Part shown: positions 28,007-37,482 of the stretch, in pieces | How positions within the stretch are numbered: position 1 is the stretch's first letter | How the letters are laid out: each line of letters opens with the position of its first letter | Program-made: the position numbers and the translations under genes | Notes under the pieces: generated by a model | The model's database searches: none | What the model was told of the DNA's origin: nothing | The model's input: the letters and a program-made list of their open reading frames with translations, nothing else | Origin: a virus | Reading direction: 5' to 3' (one strand) | Length of the DNA: 64,000 bases | Virus record (IMG/VR): IMGVR_UViG_3300027754_005796 | Location: 32,001 to 96,000 of that record

Positions 28007-29176
28007 ATGAAATTCTTTGCTTCTTGTTGCCGAACATCCGGTAACGGAAAGCTCATAAATGAACAGATGCTTGAAGAAGTGAAATTTTATCGTCACAAGT
28101 TCAATAATCGACCCATACCTCAGAATAAGAAAAAAATTCTAATAATCACCTGTTTCACAGAATTTGGCTGTGAATCTATGAGTTTAATGTATTGCATACC
28201 CAAGGCAATTGCTCACAATCCCGGCGCTTATGTGATTTGCGCTGGTTGGTGGGGTAGGGCCTATTTGTATAAGCATTTGGCAGATGAATTCTGGGAGATT
28301 CAAGAGTCTGCCATGTTTATGAGGGACTACGCAAATGCTTTCATCAACACATCAAGAAATGTTCGCAAAATTGAAAAACTTCTTTCAAATTACGGTTCGG
28401 TTTTTAATGGCGAGAAGATGGGTCATTTTTGTGTCGCCAACCGCTGCAATATCTGCAAAAAAATGTGGAACAGCGATGAATTTCAAGAGTGTTGTGAATC
28501 TTGTTATTCTACAAATATAGAACGAGCTATTTTTGCAAACATAAGATACAGTAAAAAATTTGCAGTACAGGTTCCACGACCAAGTCTGAAAGCTATGGAA
28601 TCAGTAAAAAAATATCTGAAACCGAAATCTGTTGGCATATTTGCACGCAATAGAAAGTTATATGGCAGAAATTTGGATAGCAATTTTTATTTAAAGCTGA
28701 TTCGATTGTTGCAAGACAAAGGTTACAATCCTATTTGGCTTGGCGAAAAACAAAGTATTTTGCCTTGTCCAGCAGATGATATTTTAGATTTTAGCAACTT
28801 GCCTGAAGCAAGAAATCTTGAACTTACTTTGGCTTTGATTGCCAATTTGGAGTTTACCATACAGTTTTGGACTGCCAGCACACGACTTGCATCGATGGTG
28901 GGAACGCCTTGGATGTTGTTTGAAACACCGGATCAGATTGTAGGAGCGGGCCAAGAAGGTAAAAGAATTGCTCTTACTACTGATGAAAATAAGAAAAAAT
29001 TGATATTATCTCATTATTTTAATGTAGTTGAAAAACCAGAAGAAGCTTATGGTCTGATAGACAGGGCTATTGAAGAAATGAAAAATGATAATTGGGATGA
29101 CATTGTCGGATTAGTAGAATATCCCAATATCATACAGGAAAGTTTGAAGAAACAATTAACTTGGAGGGACTTGTGA
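28007..29176 (+). CDS. GT-B / GT9-like glycosyltransferase homolog with Cys insert
   Basis: FTEFG..S, LY..LADEFW, WLGE, LALIANLEF..F.TASTRLA pattern. Confidence 0.55.
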   Translation: MKFFASCCRTSGNGKLINEQMLEEVKFYRHKFNNRPIPQNKKKILIITCFTEFGCESMSLMYCIPKAIAHNPGAYVICAGWWGRAYLYKHLADEFWEIQESAMFMRDYANAFINTSRNVRKIEKLLSNYGSVFNGEKMGHFCVANRCNICKKMWNSDEFQECCESCYSTNIERAIFANIRYSKKFAVQVPRPSLKAMESVKKYLKPKSVGIFARNRKLYGRNLDSNFYLKLIRLLQDKGYNPIWLGEKQSILPCPADDILDFSNLPEARNLELTLALIANLEFTIQFWTASTRLASMVGTPWMLFETPDQIVGAGQEGKRIALTTDENKKKLILSHYFNVVEKPEEAYGLIDRAIEEMKNDNWDDIVGLVEYPNIIQESLKKQLTWRDL

Positions 29177-30315
29177 GTTCCCTAGTAGAATTTTTAAAGC
29201 GTGCTGCTGAAAGAAATGGTTTTCGCAGAGATCGTTTTGATGAAAAGCGAATACCAACTGATTTCACAAATGTATGTATTTTGCCATTTTTTGGCGATTT
29301 GCGTGGCAGCATGGTTCTCAGTTCTTTCTTGTTGAAAAGATATCGGGAAGAAGTCCGTGGCTCCAAGTATTTCATTTTGGCATCGTGGCCGGGACAACAA
29401 GGTTTGTTTCCTTTTGTTGATGAATACTGGTCATTCACCGATGAAGCCGTACTCAAGAAATTCTTCGGAGACAGCGAGGGGTTCAGAAATAAATCAAATT
29501 TTTATACGATTTATTGTCGGAATTTAAATGAGTTTTTTAGAGATGTTATTGATTTGAGTGATGTTGAAAAATATTACAGAAATGGTTTTACAAATTATTT
29601 TTTTGAAAAATTCAAGGATACAAAAAGATTCCTGCCTTTTGTTCCGAGTGTTTCTATTTTGGGTAGGGATTTTAATCGAGAGCTTGCAACAAGATCGGGC
29701 TACAAGGTTTTTATAAATCCAGCGATATACAGCAGATTTTGGCATAACGGCATCAGCGATTCTATTCGTGTTCAGAAAGAGTTTTACATTGAATTGTGTA
29801 AGTATCTCTTACAGAACCAAGTGATGCCTGTGATTTGGCAGCATAATCTTGCTTATGATTTGGTTGCAGAATTGTCTGATTCTTGCATTATGTTGAGAGA
29901 AAACGATACGATTCGTGTGCTTTCTGCCATGAGGGCTTGCAGTTGCGTTTTAGACACCTTTAACGGAACTTCAAGATTGGCTCTTTTTGCTAGATCACCA
30001 TTTTTGTGTGTCGATGAGCGTTCAAGATATGCGGGCACCAAAGAATTCGAGATAGATGATTTGTGTGCAGATAAGTTACCACATCAATATATTTTTACTT
30101 TTTCCACTATCTTAACTGAAGGAAAACTATCTTTCTGGGAGCAGGATATTTTTCCTACCATCAAGCGAAAGTTGGATGGTTTTCTTCCCGGTTTGAACAG
30201 GGACGCTTTGCCCCCTACGGCAGAATCACATGAGTTGGTGCCATATCACCATTTCGTGCAGCCTAAGAAGAAAAAGAAAATGGGTATGCGATTTATTAAA
30301 ATTACACATGATTGA
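29161..30315 (+). CDS. GT9-like glycosyltransferase homolog (paralog of the preceding gene)
   Basis: FFGDL..S, LFPFVDEYW, LSAMRACS.VLD.F.GTSRLA. Confidence 0.55.
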   Translation: MEGLVSSLVEFLKRAAERNGFRRDRFDEKRIPTDFTNVCILPFFGDLRGSMVLSSFLLKRYREEVRGSKYFILASWPGQQGLFPFVDEYWSFTDEAVLKKFFGDSEGFRNKSNFYTIYCRNLNEFFRDVIDLSDVEKYYRNGFTNYFFEKFKDTKRFLPFVPSVSILGRDFNRELATRSGYKVFINPAIYSRFWHNGISDSIRVQKEFYIELCKYLLQNQVMPVIWQHNLAYDLVAELSDSCIMLRENDTIRVLSAMRACSCVLDTFNGTSRLALFARSPFLCVDERSRYAGTKEFEIDDLCADKLPHQYIFTFSTILTEGKLSFWEQDIFPTIKRKLDGFLPGLNRDALPPTAESHELVPYHHFVQPKKKKKMGMRFIKITHD

Positions 30316-30324
30316 GGATTTGAA

Positions 30325-30615
30325 ATGGCTTGTAGAGTTGAACTAAGAGATTTGCCTCCCAACCCCAGTTGGTATGAGCGTGAAGTTGCTTTTAAGAAGA
30401 TGTTTTCTGCTTTTAAGAAGCAGGTTGCAGAAGCTGGCATTTTGCACGCCTATAAGGAGCGTGAGTTTTACGAGAGTCCCGGTCGGGAGCGCCGTAGAAA
30501 GAGCCGTGAGGCCGAGAATCAGCGTATGAAAGAGAAGTTGCGTGAGAACTTCCCAGAGCGTAGAAAGCCCAAGAAGAGCGACAATAAAAAGCCCAAAAAG
30601 CAAGGTGAGGCATGA
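30325..30615 (+). CDS. rpsU: ribosomal protein bS21
   Basis: FKKMFSAFKKQVAEAGIL..YKEREFYESPGRERRRK. Confidence 0.88.
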   Translation: MACRVELRDLPPNPSWYEREVAFKKMFSAFKKQVAEAGILHAYKEREFYESPGRERRRKSREAENQRMKEKLRENFPERRKPKKSDNKKPKKQGEA

Positions 30616-30872
30616 GTAAGAAAGGCACGATTATGAGTCTTTCAATCGATTCTGACATTCAGGAGCGAATGAAAGCTGTTGCAAAAAAGAGAAACATCAG
30701 CGTTTCTAAGTTGATTCGTGATTTGGCTGAAAAAAATCTTCCTGTTGATGAAAACGAGGAAACCGATACTGTTATTTTTAAGATTCCCGCTGCTGCCAAG
30801 GTAAGTACAGATGTCTTAAAACAATGGTTTCATATTCGTGTGGACGCTGTAGTAAAGGCTTTGATTTTATAA
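30612..30872 (+). CDS. ribbon-helix-helix (CopG-like) DNA-binding protein
   Basis: IMSLSIDSDIQERMKAVAKKRNISVSKLIR. Confidence 0.8.
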   Translation: MSKKGTIMSLSIDSDIQERMKAVAKKRNISVSKLIRDLAEKNLPVDENEETDTVIFKIPAAAKVSTDVLKQWFHIRVDAVVKALIL

Positions 30873-31364
30873 ATGGCAGAACCTCTTGTAATTTTGCCTG
30901 CTGAAGAGATTCCAAAAGCTAAGGATGCGCTTTTGGATGATCCCATGTCCTTATTCCGTCTCGCAGCCAATATGGAGCCTGTCTGTGAAAGGGAAGAAGG
31001 AATCGGCTTGTCAGCAGTTCAGGTCGGGGTGCCTTTAAAATTTTTCATCATCAAAGTGGGTCGAAATTTTGAATATTTTGTAAATTGCGAATATGATGGT
31101 GTTGGTGAAAAACAAAAATCTATTGAAGGATGCTTGTCTTTGAAAAAAGAGGATGGATCGTTCAGGCGATTTGAAGTAGATCGTTTTTCTGCTATAAAAT
31201 TGACAGGCAAGCAGTTGAAAATCACAAACACACCATCTGTTGTTTTAGAAGATGTATCAAGGTTGGAGATTGGACTGCGAGCTATTGTTTTACAGCACGA
31301 AATTGATCATGGCAACGACATTTTGATTAGTCAAATAGGCAAAGAAATTGAATTTTTAATGTGA
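30873..31364 (+). CDS. def: peptide deformylase
   Basis: GIGLSAVQVG, EGCLS and QHEIDH motifs. Confidence 0.95.
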   Translation: MAEPLVILPAEEIPKAKDALLDDPMSLFRLAANMEPVCEREEGIGLSAVQVGVPLKFFIIKVGRNFEYFVNCEYDGVGEKQKSIEGCLSLKKEDGSFRRFEVDRFSAIKLTGKQLKITNTPSVVLEDVSRLEIGLRAIVLQHEIDHGNDILISQIGKEIEFLM

Positions 31365-31373
31365 GGTCTTTCG

Positions 31374-31649
31374 ATGTTGAGTTTGAAACAACTTAAAGAT
31401 GTTTGCTTGTTGGACGACAGCACAAGTGATCGCTGTAAGTATTTGTCTCAGGACGAAAACGATTCCTCAAAATATTTTTGCCTCAAGCTTTCTAGCAAAG
31501 GTAGGGAAATTGATGAAGAAATCGAGTCTTATTTGAATGATATTCGCAAGAGAGGCAAAGATCCAAGAAAAGATAATTTGCCGCTTAGTGACAATTGTCC
31601 CGGCTATCCTGTTCTCAGAAATATAGAGCAGGGATACGATTACGATTGA
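31374..31649 (+). CDS. hypothetical protein
   Basis: GAGG RBS; 91 aa with 4 Cys. Confidence 0.7.
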   Translation: MLSLKQLKDVCLLDDSTSDRCKYLSQDENDSSKYFCLKLSSKGREIDEEIESYLNDIRKRGKDPRKDNLPLSDNCPGYPVLRNIEQGYDYD

Positions 31650-32680
31650 ATTTCACAAACAAATTCCTCGTGTTTGTAATTTGTGAAACTTCGTTGATGT
31701 CTGACTTCAACATGAATAGATGTTTGTAGCATTTTTTGAACCTCTAATTTCAGTTCATTTTCTTTTTCTGCTGTGAGCGGAGGAGATACGATTTGAAGCT
31801 CAAGAAAATCCAGTTTTTTCTGTATGGCTTTGAATTGTTTAATTCCGTATTTTTCATTGAAGGTAAGACTGCCTAGTAGGGGCCATTTCTTTTGCCCATT
31901 GGGCATGACAAAAAAGTTTCTAACTCTGCCATAAATTTTTGTGATGGTTTGTAGTGATCGGCCACAAGCACACGATCCTAGCAATGCAACATCTCCATTT
32001 TTATATCTTTTAATATAAGGATTTGTCATGGTGGTTAGAATAACTTCGTCGTTATCGGTCGTCTCAATTACTTGATTTTCCATGACATGGTAATTCTGCT
32101 TGTTTGATGGGCATTGTATTGCGATATTTCCACATTCTTCGCTGGAGTAGGCAGCAGCCCCGTTTTCGCCTGTGCCTTTGGTGTCGATGAGATTTGTTAA
32201 TCTGGTCAAATCCAATTGTTTTAGAATGCTAGGAGTACAATGGATGTAATGGGGATTCTTTTTCTCTAGCCATGTTTGAATTTCATCTAGTGTTTTATAT
32301 GGAAAATGATAGCACTTGCCTTGATTGCTTGCCAAACTCAGAGGAAATCCCCAAGTTTCAGATTCTTTTTCCTCGAAAATATTTGGCTTGATAATGGCAA
32401 GTGTTTTTGACAAATCCCATTTGCGCCACTTTAGTTCTCGCAAGTTTGTGGCAATATACCAAATGTAATCATCGATAGTTTTTTCAACGGTAACGGGTTC
32501 ACCGGTCGAACCAGAGCTTCTTGTCTGATAAAACAAGCTCTGCATTTTCATGTTTCTAAGATCATCTCTAGTGATTATCGGCAAGTGTTGAAGTTTTTCT
32601 ACATTTGGAATGTAGTTGTACTGCGTTGTTTCAAAAGCCTCTAGTAGCTTTTTTGCTTCTACTGCAACATCAATCTTCAT
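31640..32680 (-). CDS. phenylacetate-CoA ligase / CapK-like adenylate-forming enzyme
   Basis: LPIITRDDL, RSSGSTGEP, YSSEECG, RYKNGD, CACGR, GR; start moved to ATG 32680. Confidence 0.88.
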   Translation of the reverse strand: MKIDVAVEAKKLLEAFETTQYNYIPNVEKLQHLPIITRDDLRNMKMQSLFYQTRSSGSTGEPVTVEKTIDDYIWYIATNLRELKWRKWDLSKTLAIIKPNIFEEKESETWGFPLSLASNQGKCYHFPYKTLDEIQTWLEKKNPHYIHCTPSILKQLDLTRLTNLIDTKGTGENGAAAYSSEECGNIAIQCPSNKQNYHVMENQVIETTDNDEVILTTMTNPYIKRYKNGDVALLGSCACGRSLQTITKIYGRVRNFFVMPNGQKKWPLLGSLTFNEKYGIKQFKAIQKKLDFLELQIVSPPLTAEKENELKLEVQKMLQTSIHVEVRHQRSFTNYKHEEFVCEIQS

Positions 32681-33134
32681 TTTGAAAATCCCATATGAAA
32701 AAACTGTACTCTGCAAATTTGATTGTTTTGGACGGTTTGATTGATAAAGTGTTTTCGTCTGCAAAATAATTTGCAATTTTCATGGTGGGCAATTTAAAGT
32801 TAAATGACCGGACAATCAATCTTTGGCAGCGATTTTGAGCCATTTTTAATACACCGTTGGCAAGTTCTTCTGTGAAATTAAGAACTCCATCTCCAATAAT
32901 GTTTGTATAGTTTTCCGTATTCAATCTCCAATCTAGCTTGATTACCGTGGGAGAAGCAAACCACGGATCGTGATCCATTTGTTTATCGCTAAGTTTCAAT
33001 AATAAATGTGTGCAGCCCAACAGTAAGGTTGTGCCTGCAATTTTGTTTTGATAATAAATTTCAACATCGTGTTGATTTGGAGAATATGGAGGAGTCAATT
33101 GAGTCCTCCAATATTCTTTATCGACATAGTGCAT
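32670..33134 (-). CDS. hypothetical protein (possible degenerate methyltransferase)
   Basis: TLLLGCT, IIGDGVLN. Confidence 0.6.
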   Translation of the reverse strand: MHYVDKEYWRTQLTPPYSPNQHDVEIYYQNKIAGTTLLLGCTHLLLKLSDKQMDHDPWFASPTVIKLDWRLNTENYTNIIGDGVLNFTEELANGVLKMAQNRCQRLIVRSFNFKLPTMKIANYFADENTLSIKPSKTIKFAEYSFFIWDFQNED

Positions 33135-33140
33135 GTTGTT

Positions 33141-33623
33141 TTATTCTATGTATTTCTTTAAAAGGGAATAAACCTGTTTTGCATTATTTGTTTTAATAGC
33201 CTCTTTTAAAATAGCGTCATTTAACTCAGGATCATTCAATTTAGCTATTTCTTTGGCCATGACCTCTGCGGTCTTTTCGGATTTGACAGCCCTGTCTCTG
33301 TACCAGAAAAGAAGCATGGCGATGACGATAATTGAGAAGACAAAAATTAAAGCTCCGTCTCCTTGAATGATTTGAACACCTGTATTTTCATTCCTTGAAA
33401 TTGCTGCGTTAATGTTCAGCATTCCATTTTGAATTTCTTTCAGTTTGCTGTTTTGCACTTGGACATCTTGTCGCAATTTTCCTATTTCAGCTATAATGCC
33501 ATTTTGGTTGGTTTTCATATCTTCTATTTTACCGTTATTGTCTATTCTGGGCTGATTTCTCGGATTGAAATTTGAACATCCAGACAACAAAAGTAAACTG
33601 CACAATATGGCTAATTTTCGCAT
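33141..33623 (-). CDS. lipoprotein with coiled coil and internal TM helix
   Basis: Lipobox LLSG|C; TM segment ALIFVFSIIVIAMLLFWY. Confidence 0.75.
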   Translation of the reverse strand: MRKLAILCSLLLLSGCSNFNPRNQPRIDNNGKIEDMKTNQNGIIAEIGKLRQDVQVQNSKLKEIQNGMLNINAAISRNENTGVQIIQGDGALIFVFSIIVIAMLLFWYRDRAVKSEKTAEVMAKEIAKLNDPELNDAILKEAIKTNNAKQVYSLLKKYIE

Positions 33624-33712
33624 CGTACCCCCGATTTATGTATTTACGATTAGTTTTTTTTGTGTTAGATTGGTCTGCCACTTTAATCCTTAACCCGTTG
33701 GAGGACGAAAGC

Positions 33713-34153
33713 ATGGAAGTTTGCGATGCCGATGTCATGGATGATGAAGAGTGCGGAAATGGCGACTACCTCGGCCAATTGACTCTTGATCCTGTTAGAG
33801 AGAATAAGTTTTTTTACCAAAATCGTGAAATTGAAAAGGCCAAACATCACACGGATCGCTTTTTTGCCAATCATCGTTTGCACACGGGAGGCAAGATATC
33901 CAAGACTTTTTTGTATAATGAACGCAGAATGTACATGATTATGAACTATGATATCATGAGGGGAGTTTCTCATGCCTACAATCAGTTGGAGGCCGAGTTT
34001 GGATCGCCTCCCAAGAGCATAGCAGAGATAACTCAAGACATTCGGCTTGTGTTGGATGTTCTTAACATGCTGTCTCGTTCTGGTGTGCCTCAGGAGTATG
34101 CCGGGGGTATGCTTTGTGTTTATTTGGAATTAGTTGAAGGTGTAGCGTTTTGA
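33713..34153 (+). CDS. hypothetical protein
   Basis: GGAGG RBS before ATG 33713. Confidence 0.7.
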   Translation: MEVCDADVMDDEECGNGDYLGQLTLDPVRENKFFYQNREIEKAKHHTDRFFANHRLHTGGKISKTFLYNERRMYMIMNYDIMRGVSHAYNQLEAEFGSPPKSIAEITQDIRLVLDVLNMLSRSGVPQEYAGGMLCVYLELVEGVAF

Positions 34154-34452
34154 ATCGTGATTGGCTGTTTCTCTCTAGGCAATATGAAACTTATCAGTTG
34201 CCTAGAGAGAAACTTTATTTGTTAAAATATTTTGATTCGCCAATTCAGGAGGCATTTCTTAAATATTTTTTTCTTTTTGGTGACACGGAAAACTTTGTAG
34301 ATCACACAGGCTTTTATTGCCAAGAGCGTTGGGTAAAGCTTCTTCACAAAAAGCTTCGTATTTTGCAAACCGCCAACGCCAAAGCCCGAGCAGAAATAGA
34401 CTTGGCTGGATTGGTTCTTATTGAAACAGGTAAATTTAAATATAAGCTCTAG
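34150..34452 (+). CDS. hypothetical protein
   Basis: TTGA overlap; 100 aa. Confidence 0.65.
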   Translation: MNRDWLFLSRQYETYQLPREKLYLLKYFDSPIQEAFLKYFFLFGDTENFVDHTGFYCQERWVKLLHKKLRILQTANAKARAEIDLAGLVLIETGKFKYKL

Positions 34453-34467
34453 AGCGCTAAATATGGT

Positions 34468-34698
34468 ATGGCACTCATATCATTTAGCGATTACAGGAAA
34501 AAAATTGACGAGGCGAGCCCAACAACTCGTCTTCGCAATGGCATCATGATGGGAGCTTATCCCATGACTGCTGCTGGAATGTCTCGTTCAACTCCAAGTC
34601 CTGCCTTTGTTCAAAAGGCAATTGACACATTCGGAGCTCCAGAGCACCCTAATAAGAAAAAGCGCAGGAAGAAAAAACACAAGAAAAAACAGGACTGA
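34468..34698 (+). CDS. small basic protein (ISFSDYRKKIDE N-terminus)
   Basis: TAAATA upstream; poly-Lys tail. Confidence 0.7.
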   Translation: MALISFSDYRKKIDEASPTTRLRNGIMMGAYPMTAAGMSRSTPSPAFVQKAIDTFGAPEHPNKKKRRKKKHKKKQD

Positions 34699-34699
34699 G

Positions 34700-35131
34700 A
34701 TGAAGTTGTTCAGCGAATGGTTGGTTGACAAGTTTGATGAAGCGGTTCGTCGTAAAAAGCGCATCGGTTTTAAAAAGCGTTTGCCCTCTGCTGATATCAG
34801 CATGGATGCTTGGATCAAAGCTGTAGAGGCTTTGGCCAAAGACCTTGAAGAGTACAAGAAAGCCAAAAAGATTGCTGATCAGAAGGCTAAGGAGCAAAAG
34901 CAAAAAGATTTGCAGAAGGCTAAGGAGCAAAAGCAAAAAGATTTGCAGAAGGATAAGGAATTGGCCAAAAAACCTAAGCCTGAAACTGTCAAGGGTTTAA
35001 AAAAGCCTGAAAGCGAAAAAGATACACAAACTGTTGGAAAAGATAAGCTGGAAAATAAAGATAAGAAGCAGCTTCCCAAAAAAGCTCCACGCAGCGCTTA
35101 TAATAATAAAGGACGGCGTGGAGATCGGTAA
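34700..35131 (+). CDS. Lys-rich protein (MKLFSEWL N-terminus)
   Basis: Start moved to ATG 34700; contains a 33-nt tandem repeat. Confidence 0.75.
   Translation: MKLFSEWLVDKFDEAVRRKKRIGFKKRLPSADISMDAWIKAVEALAKDLEEYKKAKKIADQKAKEQKQKDLQKAKEQKQKDLQKDKELAKKPKPETVKGLKKPESEKDTQTVGKDKLENKDKKQLPKKAPRSAYNNKGRRGDR
34880..34959 (+). repeat. 33-nt coding tandem repeat (QKAKEQKQKDL, about 2.4 copies)
   Basis: cagaaggctaaggagcaaaagcaaaaagatttg twice plus a partial third copy. Confidence 0.9.
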
Positions 35132-35596
35132 ATGTCAGAAGAATTAGACAGATTAATGGGTTTGTCTGAAAATGTCGTGATCTCCGATGATATGCTTCAA
35201 AAAGCGTCAAAAGATTCCCACCGTAAACTTATTGTAAAGCACTCCCAACAGAAAACATATGTGATTGTGGTTGCTGTTGACCAAGATGTCGCTAAGAATT
35301 TCATCAATAAAATAAGCTGCAAAAGAGGCGTGCCTTTGGGTGGTTATGTCTATGATGCTCAGTCCGATGCCTATTACATAGACTGTGCTGATTATTTGCA
35401 TTTGGGATATGTTCCTTTTTCTTTAATTGTAACTATGTCTGAAGTGGATGATTGGGAATTGCAAATTCCTATGCCAGAAATTGTCATCAAGAAGTATTTG
35501 AGCTCCTTGCAAAAAAAAGAACTTCGTAATTTTAAAAATCATTTTAAATCTGAAAATTTTTCTATCCATTACATTCAAATGGTTGATCCCAATTGA
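35132..35596 (+). CDS. hypothetical protein
   Basis: 154-aa ORF with GGAG RBS. Confidence 0.7.
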   Translation: MSEELDRLMGLSENVVISDDMLQKASKDSHRKLIVKHSQQKTYVIVVAVDQDVAKNFINKISCKRGVPLGGYVYDAQSDAYYIDCADYLHLGYVPFSLIVTMSEVDDWELQIPMPEIVIKKYLSSLQKKELRNFKNHFKSENFSIHYIQMVDPN

Positions 35597-35604
35597 AAAA
35601 AAAT

Positions 35605-36030
35605 ATGCTACAAATTGATAAGCATGACTATTGGATGGCGATGTGTTGCTTGTTTGCTTCACGGTCGCCTACTAGCCATTCTGCTTTAATTGTTGAATTC
35701 GACGGCAATTTGATATCAGTAAGCGATAACAGACCATCAATTCCCGATCTTTTTTTGGTGTCGAGTGAATTTACCGCTATTCTCAACTGCAATTCTAATT
35801 TGCAAACCGCCACATTGTACACCACTAGACCTCCAAGTCCTGCTGTTGTTGAGCTTGCGGTTGCCAAGCAGGGTTTAAGGAAAATAGTTTTCTTGTCTGA
35901 TGGAACAGATTTAGTTTTTCCCGATAATTTTAAAAATGGCACTTATTTTGAAGTTATCAAATTTGAAGGAAATCTCAATTGGGTCAGGGATTATGTTGAT
36001 TCTTTCGATTATTTGTCGAATATGACATAA
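35605..36030 (+). CDS. dCMP deaminase-fold protein lacking Zn ligands
   Basis: DYWMAM..L.A.RS, ALIV..DG.LIS, SSEFTAI (cf. HAExNAI), TLYTTRPPSPAV (cf. PCxxC), GLRKIVF. Confidence 0.7.
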   Translation: MLQIDKHDYWMAMCCLFASRSPTSHSALIVEFDGNLISVSDNRPSIPDLFLVSSEFTAILNCNSNLQTATLYTTRPPSPAVVELAVAKQGLRKIVFLSDGTDLVFPDNFKNGTYFEVIKFEGNLNWVRDYVDSFDYLSNMT

Positions 36031-36037
36031 ATAATAT

Positions 36038-36859
36038 ATGAGTTGCAATTCACCTATTTCTTGTTCATCTACAACTCCCTCTGGTTGTGCCGATCAGTAT
36101 GGATGTATCAGCGGAATTTGTCCAGATTTTACGATCCGTAGGCATGATACAAAGCCAGAATTCAAAGTTCGTATTGATGATTGCGATGGTCCTTTGGATT
36201 TGGAAGATTTAGTTCTTGAGGCCTCAATGTGGGCCAAGGGTAAGTTAAAAATATCTTTGGATACGGACGATACTGTAATTGCTCTTGCCGATGGTATTGG
36301 TTTCAATCAGATAATGGTAGACGATGTCATTTATATGGATCAAGCTAGATTGCCTGAGAAAATGTTAGTGACTGGCTTTGATGAACCTAACAGGTTGGTT
36401 CATGTAGAAAGAGGCTATGGTGACACTTCAGTTCAGGCATGGAAAAAAGGCACTCCTCTTCGCATCATGAAGTTTGTCAATAATTCCGCAAGCACAGAAA
36501 TGGTTTATCAAGATATCTTAGAAATTGATGGAACCACTACTTCAGATGTTTTAACTGATAGTTTTTTGATTTATACTTGGTCTGCAAACGATACTTGCCT
36601 TCCCGGTTGCTATTACATGGAATTTAAGTTAATGAAAATGGTGGAAGCCTTGATGAGGGCTCAGGTTTCTGTGCCAGATGATGAAATACCTGAAGAAATT
36701 GCAGCAAATGATGTAGTGCCCAATTTTACTGATCCTAGCCTTACTCCTACTGACTTTGGATGCGATAAGGCAGCGGAAATTGAATGGATAAGAAGATTTC
36801 CAGTTGATTCCGAAGGATTTTATATTAAAATATATAATTCACCCACCGTGGATGATTGA
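36038..36859 (+). CDS. probable virion structural protein (BppU/baseplate-like N-terminus)
   Basis: FTIRRHDTKP, VERGY, YTWSANDT..PG.Y.MEF; TAAATA upstream. Confidence 0.55.
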   Translation: MSCNSPISCSSTTPSGCADQYGCISGICPDFTIRRHDTKPEFKVRIDDCDGPLDLEDLVLEASMWAKGKLKISLDTDDTVIALADGIGFNQIMVDDVIYMDQARLPEKMLVTGFDEPNRLVHVERGYGDTSVQAWKKGTPLRIMKFVNNSASTEMVYQDILEIDGTTTSDVLTDSFLIYTWSANDTCLPGCYYMEFKLMKMVEALMRAQVSVPDDEIPEEIAANDVVPNFTDPSLTPTDFGCDKAAEIEWIRRFPVDSEGFYIKIYNSPTVDD

Positions 36860-36911
36860 TTCTGACTTGTAAATAAAATTATAATTAACTGGGAGTTTGA
36901 CCAAAAGATAT

Positions 36912-37475
36912 ATGATGAATAACCCGAATTTTGGCAAAAGGCTTAGCAGGGACTCACGGCAGGAAAATGAACACAGAATAAATTGGCAAATCAGAGTGCC
37001 ACAGGTGCGAGTTGTTCGTGAAGAGGAACAACTCGGATTAATGTCTACCGATCACGCACGAAGGTTGGCAGAGGACGAAGGATTGGATTTGGTTGAAATT
37101 GCTCCGACAGCAAAACCGCCAGTTTGTCGCATCATGGATTATTGTCGATACAGATACGAACAAAACATCAAGAAGAAGGAAAATGCTAAAAAGCAGAGAG
37201 AATCTCATGTGCAAATGAAAGAGATTCGTTTGCGACCCTTGATTGCAGACCATGACACCGAGACAAAAATCAATCAAGCCAAGAAGTTTTTGTCTGATGG
37301 TTGTAAAGTCCAATTTAATTTGCAATTCAAGGGCAGACGGGAGTTGAGCCATAAAGAACAAGGTTTTGTGGTGATGCATAAAGTTATGGAATCTCTTGAA
37401 CAAGCAGGTGTCTGCGAAAAAAGACCTACTATGGAAGGAAACAGGATAGTTTGCTTCTTCACGCCTAAAGTTTGA
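36912..37475 (+). CDS. infC: translation initiation factor IF-3
   Basis: RINWQIRVPQVRVV, GLDLVEIAP.AKPPVCRIMDY, KEIRLRP.I..HD..TK, FKGR.E. Confidence 0.96.
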   Translation: MMNNPNFGKRLSRDSRQENEHRINWQIRVPQVRVVREEEQLGLMSTDHARRLAEDEGLDLVEIAPTAKPPVCRIMDYCRYRYEQNIKKKENAKKQRESHVQMKEIRLRPLIADHDTETKINQAKKFLSDGCKVQFNLQFKGRRELSHKEQGFVVMHKVMESLEQAGVCEKRPTMEGNRIVCFFTPKV

Positions 37476-37482
37476 GGTGTAT

